A stretch of DNA of 64,000 nt from Parasitella parasitica NRRL 2501 (lineage: Eukaryota; Fungi; Mucoromycota): positions 254,697-318,696 of the forward strand of contig MU619245.1 of the NCBI GenBank assembly GCA_025201805.1, read 5' to 3'. The notes beneath the pieces were generated by a model, which worked only from the letters and a program-made list of their open reading frames with translations, was not told the DNA's origin and searched no databases. Shown here piece after piece: positions 1-13,016 of this stretch (within the stretch, counting starts at the first letter, position 1; each line of letters begins with the position of its first letter). Made by a program: the position numbers and the translations under genes.

Positions 1-1653
1 TATATCTCTGACACGCACCCGTTTCCCCCATTTCGGATTATTGCTTGGTCGTGGTATCACATGTATTGTTTATCATGCAACAATACAAATAAAAGATAAT
101 TGCTGCAAAGAAGATTATCAAGAATCAGCGTTTCATTATCAAGGCGTATCTTTACAACATAATCGCAGTTCTTTCGCATTTTCATTGATAAAGGCGAGCA
201 GTACTGGATTCACATATAGTCGTATTCATGAGACAATAGAGATGTTGCTTATTTTTTTTTTTGAATTTTGTCTCTAACATGAAAGCCTACCGCAGATACG
301 GTAGAAACATACAGGAAATTAAAACGTGTAGTTCATTATAAATAAGCTTTGACTACAGGAGCTTTGCCTTGCCAGTGTATCCCTATTGATAAAAGCTGAT
401 TACCTTGGGTATTGTATGTATATTATACTATGATATATAAGCTTGGCGCGAATGTGTCTTCTCGGCTGAATACACCATAAATTGTGTTTTCTCATGATGC
501 ACATGTGTAGTGACTTATAACGAAAACTAACGTTGCTGTGGTGCTAGATACGGTACTGCCCTTGAGATCTGGAGCACTAAGGCTATTACAGACATATTTC
601 AACACAAAATTATGCTTGTGCCGTAGCCAGATCACAGTGAGCATTACCAGAAATCAAATCATTATGGTTCATACAGTTTCGGCTTTGGCGTTTTACCTTA
701 ACAGGATCAAAACCTGTCATATGACTGTGAGTGAATTGTAATGAGCCTTGCTGCTTCTGTAGTCTTTTAATGAGAAAAATCAGCATGCCATCGTTTTCGA
801 GAAGGCCACAAAAATCTTTACCCTGCACGGACTCGAGATTACCATTAATGAAGAAAACATTGCAAAAACCATCCTTGTATTGTCGCGCATGACATTGGCT
901 CAGTTGGGAAATGTGGCAAGACATCTTCTTAGCCATAAGGGAGAGTTTTTGTACGGAATTGCTAAATTTATGAAACAAGGGAGAAACTCTGCGACTACTG
1001 GTTCCGTTCAGTGTGTAGCGCGTATGATGTGGTATTTTGGCTACAGTTTTTAGACAATCTACTTGTTACATTCGGTGGTAAATATTATTGAATAACGATT
1101 GATCTGGTTTGCAAGAAGCATTTAAACTTAATCAATTTTGCGCCAATTTTTTAATTACAAGCGTTGACGATAGCGTAATGTTAGTGAAGTCCTAACGACA
1201 AGTTTTCATTCCAATTGATTGATGTATATCTTTCTGATCAAACAATGATATAGATTTACTAAATATATTTAAACTGCACCAAGATCATGATCTGCAATCA
1301 GTACCTCTAATAATTAATCAAGTGATATTCACAAGCAATTTTGACTTTAATTTTTCAACAAGCAATTAATCTATCAAGTATAATTAAGCTTTATTTCTAT
1401 AACATAATAAATCCTGGTCGTTTTATGTATTACGATTTGACGAGAATTGTGTGGTATATTGCTTGATTGTTGAAAGCCTCAAAATTTGTGTCGTTACACA
1501 CTTGGTGCAAGCTTTGGTGCTATGTTTCATTACAGATGACGTGTGAGTTGAGCATTAAAATAGACCGAGACAACACAGAATAGTACTAGAAGCACTTTTC
1601 TTTTTCTTGTACTCTTTTCTTTCGACAAAGAAATCTATTTGAATAGCATCAGC

Positions 1654-1887
1654 ATGAATAGAGGCACACTTGTATTGTAAGTTTACTTCAAATGCATCTT
1701 GTTGAAAGAGATTCAAACTCCACTAAATTTTAACGATTGAAGGGATATCGATGAGGCTGAATACTTGCTGGATCAGTTAGGAGCACCCGAAAAGGACGAG
1801 GAAAAGTTAGTTACAAAGCTGCGAGAAAGATTGAAGCTATTTTTAACAGAAATTCGCAATGGAGCTGAAGGTAGTCATAATGTATGA
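1654..1887 (+). CDS. Spliced 55-aa microprotein of unknown function (exons 1654-1676, 1743-1887)
   Basis: ATG at 1654, donor GTAAGT at 1677, acceptor AG at 1741-1742. Splices in frame to MNRGTLVLDIDEAEYLLDQLGAPEKDEEKLVTKLRERLKLFLTEIRNGAEGSHNV*. Not in the ORF track. An upstream exon is possible. Confidence 0.65.
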
Positions 1888-2131
1888 ACAAAGTTTAAAG
1901 TCTCTAAAGCTATAAATGTAGGTGCTGGCAAAAGAGATTAAATAGCAAATGCTTCACATATGAAGTGTAAACTTGTGGCCTAGATTTATGGTCTTTTTTT
2001 CTTGATAAAAATAAACTTTTTCATGTCACAAATCATTACTGTATTGTGTCCTATTTTTTCGTGCTCTTCTCTTTCTCTCCTTCTCTCTTTATTGTCATGA
2101 TTTAATTCGAGATATACACGACCTAAATAAA

Positions 2132-3927
2132 ATGTCAGAATTAAGCCAGTTTCTATTATCTACTGATATACATTTTTATCAAAATTATGCAATCCAGCTG
2201 ATAAAACAAAGCCCAAAATTATTCGACCTGGATGAATTCGACTCAATTTTACACGAAAACGAATCTGTGCCAATCGAGAGGACGTTTCAAGAAGCCTATC
2301 ATGACTTCGAGGCAGATAAAAAAGCTCAATACGAATTGCACCCTAAATATGGCCGATATGTGAGATTTTAGAATTTACTCGAATTGAATCAAAAGTTCAT
2401 TTTTTCTTCTAGGTTTGGGACATTGCTGACCAATGGTATCAGAAATGGAATGTTGTATTTTCAGTTGAGCATATGTGGAACTGGATAAAGCACGGGGTCA
2501 CACGATCATCAGCGCAAGAGCTGATAACACAGGACCACACTTTTGACACCACCCATATTCAAGCATGGTTACAACGCATAATTGTGAGATATAACGTCCA
2601 TCCTGATCACCAAAACCTGCTGCAGGACATTTGTCGATATATTGGAGATTGGCATCAGTCAAACCGTAGATTAACGCTCCAAGGCAGTTTTCGATTAAAC
2701 ACCATACCTCTGTTTCCACCAAATTGGTTTGCCAACAAATCCAGACAGAACCGTATGAATTGCGAAGGTTTAGCGCCTTCGTATCTTGCTACATTTGTGC
2801 CACCCTATCGGTTGGAACATGAAATACCAGAGCGATGGGACCAGGTTTTTTTAAAGGGACTGACTGTTGATCCGAATCATAAGGTTTGTATTTTTTTTTT
2901 NNNNNNNNNNTTTGATATATTGCTGACTGTTGGAGCTCATTGGCAATCGTAGTTCAACCTGGATCCAATCTTGATTGCTTCAGCTATCCCTATTTTGGGA
3001 TTGACGGTCCATTTTGATCCAGATTCTGGTTGCAGTAAATTAATGCTGGTCATGACGAAGGCAAAGTACGGCAATTTAGAAAGTCATATCGAAAAGGAGA
3101 TACCCACAGACTACCACAAGATATGCCAATTGGCTCTCAGTATTACAAAGGACATCAAGGATTTGCACTGGAGCTATGTCCATGGTAATATTCACCCGCG
3201 TAACATTTTGTTGAACAATGCAGACTACGTCGGTGAATTGGTTGATATAACATTCATGCATCGAATCAATGAACCTTACATCTTCAACAAATCAACCTGG
3301 GCTGGACGTTGGCCATACGTCGCTCCAGAGGTGGTCTCTACGGGCTTGAGCACATCGGCGGACATATATGCCTTGGGTATTGTCTTGTGGCAATTAATCT
3401 CTCGCGTGACATTTCCTGGGGATGCGCTCGTTGATCCTCATGTCTTTCGTATTGAACCTATACCAAGCGTTGTCAAAGAATGGGAAGATATATACATTGA
3501 TTGTCTTCATATTGATCCAAAAAAAAGACCAAACGCTTATACAGTACATCGACGATTGACTCAACTCTGTGTCAAATTACAGCTAGGTAGGATTCCTATT
3601 GCAGAGAAGACTCTTCATTACATCAGATCAAGAAAGCTAGAAATCGAGCAGTTTTTAGCTAGTTCTAGGAAATCATCACCTTTATTGCAGTCTTGTGCAT
3701 CAATGGATGACGATCATGCTACTTCAACACCGTCAATTACATCTTCTTTATGTCAAGTAGGCAACCATGTTTTAACTGCGTCAGTTACACGGCCATCTCA
3801 CCAACGATTGAAAAGTTATTCAAAGTTTCCCAAATTATTTGTAAAATCACATGCTCTATATGCACAATATTCTTTTCTTTTCTTTTCTTTTTTTTTCTAT
3901 AGTTGCTATATATTTCTTTCGCAATGA
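2132..3927 (+). CDS. Protein kinase-like (TKL-type) protein, probable pseudokinase; 3 exons
   Basis: Introns at about 2360-2412 and 2884-2952 join three ORFs. Motifs: VFLK, GNL hinge, HGNIHPRNIL, YVAPE, ADIYALGIVLWQL, CLHIDPKKRP. The 3' end is uncertain. Confidence 0.8.
2901..2910. other. Assembly gap in a poly-T intron tract (others at 44536-44545 and 48557-48571)
   Basis: Runs of N next to homopolymers. Confidence 0.99.
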
Positions 3928-4172
3928 ACTTTGAAAGTCTCATTATTTCTGCTTTGGGTTATTACAAATATTGGCTAATAAATCATAATGGTCTCAACCT
4001 ATTGCAGCATGAATAGAGCGCATTTTCTTTTAAATTTTAATTGCCATGTGTGCTTCCGTGAGTTAACTTTGCATTGACCTGTAGCTGTGTTACTCATTTC
4101 ACACGAAAATTTTTAGAAAAGCCTAAACTTGAAAACATGTAATTTTATTCCTATCAGAATTAATGATAATAA

Positions 4173-7100
4173 TCAAGATAAATCAAAACCTGCGTCTGCT
4201 GTAATGGCATATAGTAGTTTTCTACAAGAAAAAAAAAAAAAAAAGTGAACAGCAAATTAATTAGTGGATCATCAAAACCTACTCTCTTAAAATTTGATAT
4301 GTTGGATAATTTGGCAACTTCAACAAATTGACGCAAGTAGAACTTGTTGGCAAGCGTTTTTCATCAACACCAGCATTACGCAAACAGAATTGCGGCACCA
4401 ACTCCTTGAAGCCCAGTAAGGGTGGTCTGGAACATGAAGTTACAAATTTAACAAACTTCATTCGCAGGTTATTATCAAACGATTCAAGAGCTTTCCAGAA
4501 GTTCTTGACTGTGGCATCGTGCTCCATGAATCCTGCAAGCACTGTATGCGATCTCAAATCATCGAGGTCAATCGGCACTGACGCACCGCCCAAAACAATC
4601 TGCAACTCTTGTTGATTGAACATACGCAGCCATTTGACATCTACAATAGTCGATAAACCTCTGAAAAACGCTCTGCATTGCTTGGCTATCTGTACGTTAA
4701 GGCGATAATTTGCGATATGGTAAATGTATTGAATTCGGTTTTGATTTGTGACAGGAATGTTGGTACCACCGGGTATAAGCTCAACATCGACAGATCTGCC
4801 ATCTTCCATGTGTGTACTAGTGAAATCCAGTGCCAAAAATTCAACGTTGCCGTCGTAATTTTTGAGAGTTAGCAAACCTTTATATAACGCGGGATCCAAT
4901 GAAGATAAATCGTCCACTTCAAGAAAAAAAGAGAAAATGTCAATAAAAGAAAAGTTTGCGCTGCAACACACTTACAATAATTGACTTTTCCAAGACATTT
5001 CTTCAGGAAGAATTCAGCAAATGCAATGTCCAGTAGAATGCCCTCATAAACAGCTTTACCAATGATTAGCCCAAGAAATTCAAAATATTTCAATTGTTGT
5101 GCTACAAACGAAAACGATGAATATCTGCTTCACGTACCCACCCATAGTAACAACTTACGTTTTGTAGCATAAGAGCTTGGACTAGGATACAAGAGCTGCT
5201 CAGAAGTTGCCGTGAATAGTCCATAGTCGATACTAAATGCTTCTCTACTGAGACCAGTCAAAAACTCCTTGAAAACACCACCTCCATCAATGCCAGCTTC
5301 TTCCAAACCAAATTCATCCACAAATGAGATCGTCACCTTGTTTTTGAGTTCGGCTCCTAACGAATTGAGCTGGTCAAAGCCATCCTCAAACATATGATCT
5401 CTGCGCACAGTAGCGGCTGCCTTGGGTCTGCTATAAACCTCTTCAATCTTGTTTCGTTTCTTATCATTGTTGACAAACATACGGAATATCTCCACACGCT
5501 GTTCAAATGGAATCACAAAAGGTATGTTGTTCAGTAATCCTAATCGAGGACTGATGACAGCCAAACGGCCCTTGGACAGCATGCGCCGAGGTCGAAGTGG
5601 CGTATTTTTTTCTTGCCGTTGTTCACTTTCTAAATTGAATTCTTCAGCAACTGCTTCAGTAGAAAAGTTATCGGTGTCGAGATCAGGAATAAGCCAATGA
5701 TCGCTAGGACAAAAGGTGCGGCGAGAGCTGTAACATGTAGACAAAGCTGTGAATACTAAACAGCATTGTAGAGTTAAAGATTCACTTACTCTCTCATGTG
5801 AATTTGTTGTAGCAAATGAGTGACACTGGATCGAAGCTGGTTTAATTGTATTCCTGTTAATCCTATAAACTGTGTCAGGTCCATGCTATTAGCACGCCAG
5901 AACATGACAAAAGATATATTCTTCAATTGACGGCCCAGAATAATGACCTGGCTCAATTCCAATGGATTTGCGTGTGTTGCGCTTTTATCTAAAAACTCAT
6001 CATCACCCAAAGTCAAAAGCAATCGCGCATATACTTCACACAGCAAAAACAATACAGACCAGCTTTCGAACCGAGCCTCTTTACTGTCACTGATATATTT
6101 TACAGCATTCGTTAAATTAGCCATTATACTACCATCGTCGTTGAAAAATGCGGCCTCTTGGGATGTAGTCCATGATTGCCATAGTACATGCAATAAGCTG
6201 TGAGTGTTGCTGGATTTGTAGAGCAAGGTATTTAGAATGGCGTCTTTCTTCATGGGCCAGCGCAGCATCAATGTATTGAAGAAGCTAGATACAGATTGAA
6301 TAGCATCGCTGCTTGTGCCAAGTTGCACGAATTGGTATAAAAGACGATTTACTCGTTCAGAGTCATAAAGCGTCTCGAGTCGAGACCGAATCAACGGTGA
6401 TACAGTTGCCATAGGCGTAGCTGGGGTTGCTTCCTTCATAATCACATCGCCAACTTCATCCTCATCTTCCTCGTCTGAGGAATCGCTATCTGCAGGAGCA
6501 ATGAATAAATATACATCCTTTTTGCAGCAATGGAAACTACGTACCCATCTCAATGCCGTCTGCATTTTCCTGATCTGAAGGATTTGTCAAATATGAAACA
6601 GGAAGACGAGCAAGTAATAATTGGATTGCTTTAGCATAGTAGGTCTACCGAAAGGCAAAAGGAGAGTTAGGATCAGAAGCCAAGTCTTCGAATTCCAACT
6701 TACAAGGTTTCCCTCTAAATGTTTTCCAGACTGCACATCACCCAACACAGTCAAATTTATCAACAAACCTGCCACTGCTGCATCATCTAACACAGTGTTT
6801 GGTTTCAGGAACATATCTGTCACAGTTTCTAATATGTCTTTCAAGGGTGATTTTAATGCCAATGTAGTCAGCACCTTTTGAGATAAATTGTCCAAAAAAA
6901 ACGGTTCTATCAATAACTCGGCTGTTAACATGTACAGCAGTTTGGATCGGGTCATATAGGGTGTGTTGGGTCTGTGCTGATATGTCTCAATTAATAACGA
7001 AGTAGGATAGTAGTAGGGTTCATTAAATGCGACCAGCTGCAGTAAAATTGCTTCTACAGACGGTTTTGTGTTGCCATCTTTGGCTGCCTTCATGCTGTTA

Positions 7101-7797
7101 AGAAGCGCAGTGTTGCACAGACAAAATGTGATGATGCGAGTGCGTTGATGTTGGTTACTGTATGTAGACGGTTCAAAAAATAATGCCAAAAGCTGACAAG
7201 CAGAGACCATACTGCAAAGGACTTAGTAGTTATTCGCACACAATATTGTTTGACGTCTTTCACTTACCCTCCATCCATGCTTGGTAAAAGTACTCGTTTG
7301 ATCAGCAGGCTACACAACCAAATCCATGAATCTTGAACATCCTTGTTGGAAATACAAAACATGCTGCTTATTAGTGGAGTAGATTTGGATACGTATTGTT
7401 CTACATAGTGGGCATCTTTTTTATCGGACTGATAGAAAAAAATCAATTGGCGAGTCAATGCCATTAACGTTTGAGGGTCAGGAGATTGTGCATTTGCTGA
7501 CAAGAGTTGGCGAAAGTCTTGTCTTAATTGTTGCCTTGTCGACGAAGCTTCCCGACGACCTCGAAATAACGACTGTATATATTCCGCCAGATATCAGTAA
7601 CATTAGGAATGATATTGTAGTAGATTGGCACTTACTTGAATTTGCTGTAAACTCTTTAATTTGAGTCGTTCCTGTTCTCTTGCTCTGCGTTCGCTTTGAG
7701 CTTTAGCCAGCAACGATCTTTTGTCGTCTACCTTCTTGACACCGCCCAAGTTGATGTTACGCTTGGATTTAAAGTTGCCTTCGAAACTAAAATTCAT
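4173..7797 (-). CDS. HUL5: HECT E3 ubiquitin ligase, UBE3C/Hul5-like, multi-exon
   Basis: N-terminal [29 protein letters not shown], catalytic [15 protein letters not shown], final exon [15 protein letters not shown]. Confidence 0.93.
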
Positions 7798-7979
7798 TTT
7801 CTACGCAGTGGTAAGAAACAAAGTGAAAAGAAGAGAAAAAGTCCTGCGCGAACGTCTTTGTTTTAGCAACCCAGCATGAAAATTGATGAATAATCCATCA
7901 AGTTAGTAGTCTCGTCGCGGATAGCCTATTTTTTAGTGGAGCAGTGCCCTTCTTTCCTTTCTAATCCTCTTATAAAAAA

Positions 7980-9085
7980 ATGCGACCCACAAGAAAAGCT
8001 GCCGTCAAAGCTGCCGCAGCAGTTGCTAGACCTTTATCGCCTTCGCCCATGTCTTCTGAAGAAGATGAAATGCAAAGCTCATCATCAGAGTTGGAAGAAA
8101 TGGAGATGGGAGAAAATGAAGTTTTTAGTGAAGAGGAAGAGCTGGACGAAATAGACATCAATCAACTGGATAACAATAATGATGACTTGGATTCCTTATC
8201 TGAACAAGAAGTTGATGATTTAGAGGACGACATAGAGATGCACGACGACGATATGGATGAAGACGACGAAGATGATGATGACCAAGATAAACAGATGCCA
8301 GCTACTCGCAAACCTTCTACAGCTGCAGTGGCCTCTGCATCACGTAATAATAGCAGCGGTAGTAACAAGAGAAAAAAACCAGGTAATCACGATTAACATA
8401 TCAATTCATTTTTTTCTTCTTTTTTGCTAATACCTGTATAGTTATTCCTGAAAGCGACGAAGACGAGGAAGCCATCTTTTCCGACGAAGATGGAGCAGAA
8501 ATTTTAAGAAACAAACCCATGACTAAAAGACAACGAGCCAAGGTCAACCAAGAAATCCCAGAAGAATATCTGGAGTTGCCCATGGATACGGGTAAAAAAA
8601 AGCACTTGACTCAAGAAGAAGAGCAATTAAAGAGATCAGAAGTTGCGAGAAGGAGAAAGAATCAGAGCATCCAGAGAGCAGAAAAGGATAAAGCTGATAC
8701 AATCAATCGATTATTAAAAAAGCAAGCTTCCAAGAGCAAACGGATTATTGACGATGCAGAGGATAAGGAAACAGCCCATGAAAAATTGAAGCGGTTGGAA
8801 GATCCTAATCGTATACGCTATGTAAATACCTCGGAAGGAAGCAAATTAAGTATACCCAGCATTTTTTCTTTGAAGCAAATATTTGGCAGGTAAGAAACGT
8901 ATCAGTGGCCAAGACAAGATTTTTATTAAAAAATATCTACTAGTTCTGTATCGTCAGCGCTACCAAATACTCATTTGAAAAAGTGTCAGGTTGATGGATG
9001 TTCCAAGAGCCGAAAGTATACAGCCAAAAAGAGTGGAAAATATGTGTGTTCACTAGAACATTATAAAATTGTTGAAGCAAATTAA
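7980..9085 (+). CDS. IES2: INO80 complex subunit B / Ies2-like (PAPA-1 domain plus C-terminal HIT-type Zn finger)
   Basis: Acidic N-terminus, MTKRQRAK, LTQEEEQLKRSEVARRRKNQS..DTINRLLKKQ. Last exon CQVDGCSKSRKY..VCSLEHYK ends at TAA 9083-9085. Confidence 0.85.
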
Positions 9086-10209
9086 TAAATAATAAACTGC
9101 GATAAAAACTGTTAACATCAGATCACTACTAAGGAATATCAAAAAATCACGTCTCCCATTATATTACTATCCAATATTATTATAAGATATGCTGCATAAC
9201 ATAACCTAGAGCTAGTTTTATCTGACACATTTCTTGATCCTATACATAGAGAGTATAGTTGACAACAAAAACAAAAATAATTTTGGCGCATAAACATGTA
9301 TACCTTTGTATTGTATCCATATAAAGCCAACATTGTCATCTCTAAATCAGTTATAATGTACGAATCATGAAATTAATTGTTGTAGATTCTTTTACAAATA
9401 AGGAATAAACTGTAAGTTGTAATTGAACTTCTTGCAACATTCTAGACTTATTTAAAGATTACATAAAGATTAGTTCGAGGGATTTTGGGGCATATTTGTT
9501 CATAACTTCTGCTAAAATGACAGTAGAACCGAGATCTAACTTGGAAAACTTAGCATTGACTTGGCGCTAACTAGCAGCAACATTGGCATCCATGTTTTTA
9601 TTGATACCCATAAAGTTATCAGATGATATCACAAATTTTCATATCAGAATTGCATATAATCGATGATAGGCTTCCATAAACAGCAAAATAAACACTGTCT
9701 TATGCGCCATAAGTACAGGCATGATCATCGCTACATTTTTTTTTTTTTTTTGAAAGTAATTAAGTTTTATAATTTTGGAATCTGGATATGGTAAATGGGA
9801 ATCACTGAAAAAAATGATATAAAAAAACAATAAATGTCAACTTGATAAAGGTATAGGTTTTATCATCAAATCGACAGGTGTATAAAGCTTCCATTCATCT
9901 ACTGGCCAGGCAGATGAACCTTTATATACTTAAGCTATGGTCAAATGTTCTACTCTCGCAATTTAACATGTACCGCAATACTGCGTAACTAGCATCTTAA
10001 CTCTGTGCTAACCGACATATCCGCAGACTAAAGATAACTTAATAAATCTAATTTGAGTGGGGAGATAGACTTTAACCGAGGTGTACCCTGATCAATCTTC
10101 TATACGAAGATTATTAATATCGATCCATAAGCGTATAACATTTCTAGTATCGTCTTATTCAGTCTATATTATTTTTGCTATACAGCAGTTTCTTTATATT
10201 TACAGTTTA

Positions 10210-10785
10210 TTAAACCCTTTTTGATGGTAAATCAATTACAAGAAGTTCGTCGCCTAAAGTATCATACTGGGTTGTTATGGTCAATCCTTTTAAAATAGTT
10301 TGGGCCTTTTTGTTAAACATGATTGATTTCAGCGTCGTATCTTTGATTGTTACTAAACCCAATGCAATAGTGCTCATTCTGAAATGTTGAAGCACATCCG
10401 GAGTAAACTGGCTGTTGTTTGATTGCTTGCGATTCACTGTGGATAAAATGCCAATAATCTTCTTTCTAGGCGTGGAAAAAGACGCCACAGTGCCTATTAG
10501 TTCTCGTATTTGATCAGGCGTACAGCCTTGTTTTGTATTTTTACATTGAATAAGAACATTTATATTATCGAACCAGTGTCCTCTAAGATCAATGCCCCCG
10601 TCGTTTTTCCCACCAACATGTTCTAAATTCATCCCTGCTGTTGTTGTCAAGGTTTCTAAGGTTTGTAATTCAAACAAGGTACCTCGATAAACCGATGTAG
10701 TGATATCTTTGTCAGTTTGCTCTAGAAAAGAAGACAAGTTTTTTCTATTCGATATGTGCCGTTTCACAATTCGCTGAACAATCAT
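10210..10785 (-). CDS. RRG7: Rrg7/DUF2034-like mitochondrial PD-(D/E)XK restriction-endonuclease-fold protein
   Basis: TSVYRGTLFE, HVGGKNDGGIDLRG, LIQCK, IRELIG. Probable start MIVQRIVKRH (presequence-like). Confidence 0.8.
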   Translation of the reverse strand: MIVQRIVKRHISNRKNLSSFLEQTDKDITTSVYRGTLFELQTLETLTTTAGMNLEHVGGKNDGGIDLRGHWFDNINVLIQCKNTKQGCTPDQIRELIGTVASFSTPRKKIIGILSTVNRKQSNNSQFTPDVLQHFRMSTIALGLVTIKDTTLKSIMFNKKAQTILKGLTITTQYDTLGDELLVIDLPSKRV

Positions 10786-11159
10786 GTTTTTAAATAAATG
10801 AGGTAGAGTAGAAACAAAAAAAAAAAAAAAAAGAGGATTAAAGAGGAGCATTCGCGAATTGTGCCTAAAAGAAAAGTCTAGCAGCACATTTTATCACCAG
10901 GAAAGCATACTCCAATATCGTACGTACCATCTTTTTACCATTTCGCTACATCTTTCTGAATAGTAAGCCTAAAAGTAGTGTCACTTCTCTTTGATTTATT
11001 ATTTCTTCTGCTTGCTTGATGTACAGCATCAAGCAAACATCGTTCGAGTCACACAATATTACTCCATCAGCCGATATTAAATGCTGCATGTTCGGTTCCG
11101 TCTTAACGATACTTTTTGCCCTTTTCTTCTATTAGCTTCAAGACGATATTTCGATAAAG

Positions 11160-12178
11160 ATGAAAGAGCAAATTTCGAATGCAAATTTTCCTAGAGACAA
11201 AGAAGACAGAGTGTATCATATTGGTGTAAAGGTCGGTGATGTTGCAAACCGTGTTATTACCGTAGGTGATCATGTTCGCGCTAGAAAGATTGCCAAATTA
11301 TTGGACTCTGAAGAAGAAACTGGGCATCCAATATTTGAGAGAACTAGTCAGCGTGGTTTCCTTACGATTACTGGAAGATATAAAGGTACTCCTGTTTCCA
11401 TAATGGCAATGTAAGTTGAGTTAATTTTGAAATGCACAATTAGTAAAAGGATCATACTATGGACAGTGGAATGGGCAACTCTATGATGGATTTTTTCGTT
11501 CGTGAAACTCGTGCTAGTGTAGAAGGTACCTTGGCGATTATTAGGTTTGGTTCATGTGGTTCACTATCACATTTAGCACCTCCTGGTGCTGTCATTGTTC
11601 CCTCCGGCGGCTATTGCATAAGGCGTAATATTGATTATTTTGCTGATGAACAAGTTTATCCTGGACTTAAAGACAAACCATATCTCTTTTCTGGAATCTT
11701 CAAAGCTGATGAAGGGATGACAGATATTTTATCCAAGACACTCAAGTCAGCACTTGCACCTATTGTGGCCGAAAATGAGCTTGTTGGACCTGTTATGACT
11801 GGTGGACTCAATGCTGATGGATGCTCATTCTATTCCTCCCAAGGCCGTTTTGATCCTGACTTCTGGGATGATAATGAAGACTTACTCAAAGAGGTTGTTA
11901 TCAACTACCCGAAGACTCATTCAATTGAAATGGAAACTTCCATGTTATTCCATCTTGCCCATTGTGCTCGCGATTCCTCAAAACCTATCAAGGCCGCTGG
12001 ATGTATGCAAGTATTTGCTGATCGTCTTGTCAATGCTTTTATTAGCCCAGAGATTGTAGACGTATTAGAACCTATTGTTGGAGAAGCTTGTCTAGACGCA
12101 TTGATTCAGGTAGAGATTGAGAATGAGATGCCTGTCAAAGGTAGTGTTTGGGAGCCTTTCAGTCGACGCAAACCTTAA
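11160..12178 (+). CDS. Nucleoside (uridine/purine) phosphorylase, PNP_UDP_1 family; 1 intron at about 11411-11466
   Basis: VYHIG..ANRVITVGD..RA, GMGNSMMDFFVRE, IRFGSCG, SFYSSQGR, IEMETS. Confidence 0.9.
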
Positions 12179-12508
12179 GAAGACAACAAGAGATTTTAAT
12201 CGAGACAATAAACTCCATATAAAAATGGGTTTTGCTAAATCAACAAGGCACTATGAATAGATCTCTTGGGCAATACTATAGCAGATAAATATGCGGTTCT
12301 GACAGATCAAGTATTTCTTTGACTGAATTGCACAGGAAGTACTCCATGATGTGTATGATTCCTTTGTCGTGACCTGCTCATCTACATCGTTTATATATGT
12401 TGTGTATGTTGACAAATGCGTTCTTCTTTTCTTTTCTTTTTTTGTTTCGTAAATACATTCAAACCATACTAACATCAAATAGATGAGTCAAATCAGCAGC
12501 AGAGAGGT

Positions 12509-13016
12509 ATGCAATTATGCGTTTCATCTTCTTCACGCCAAAAACTAAAAGAAACAATTGAATGCAAGACATCAGATATGGATATTGACGATGAAACTTT
12601 CAATCAAAGCGACGAGCGTACTGAGAATCCTCTAAACCATCAAAATATGTGTACAAAAAGTATTTCTGATACAGTTTCCATCATCAAGGACTTTTCTGTA
12701 ATAGGAAGAGACGACAGACTCTTAGATAATTATCACATTGACCACAAAAATAACTATTCCCAAGGCCTTCACCAGATCAATCATAATAGTTCATCAAAAA
12801 CTAGCATGACACAACCCAGTGAATGCAAAGAAGACTTTATAGATAAAATATCCGCTGCAAATGATAGGTAAATATTGATAATATGTATATTATCAGCTAA
12901 ATTACATATTGACGTTTGCATGTAGCCATTTGAATAGCAAGGAAAACGTCAAGCCCAATAGACACTTGAGAAAAGCTGGTATGAAAAGAAGACAACAACG
13001 CTATTATGCGTATTAG
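12509..13016 (+). CDS. Orphan hydrophilic protein with a C-terminal KEN box; intron 12868-12925; 5' end uncertain
   Basis: ORF 12509 splices in frame (AG|GTAAAT..TGTAG|C) to SHLNSKENVKPNRHLRKAGMKRRQQRYYAY*. A possible acceptor at 12481-12482 suggests an upstream exon. Confidence 0.5.

Noticed and set aside
41-978. Short ORFs of 67-122 aa at the window start
   Set aside because: Non-ATG starts, no recognisable motifs, no convincing splice structure.
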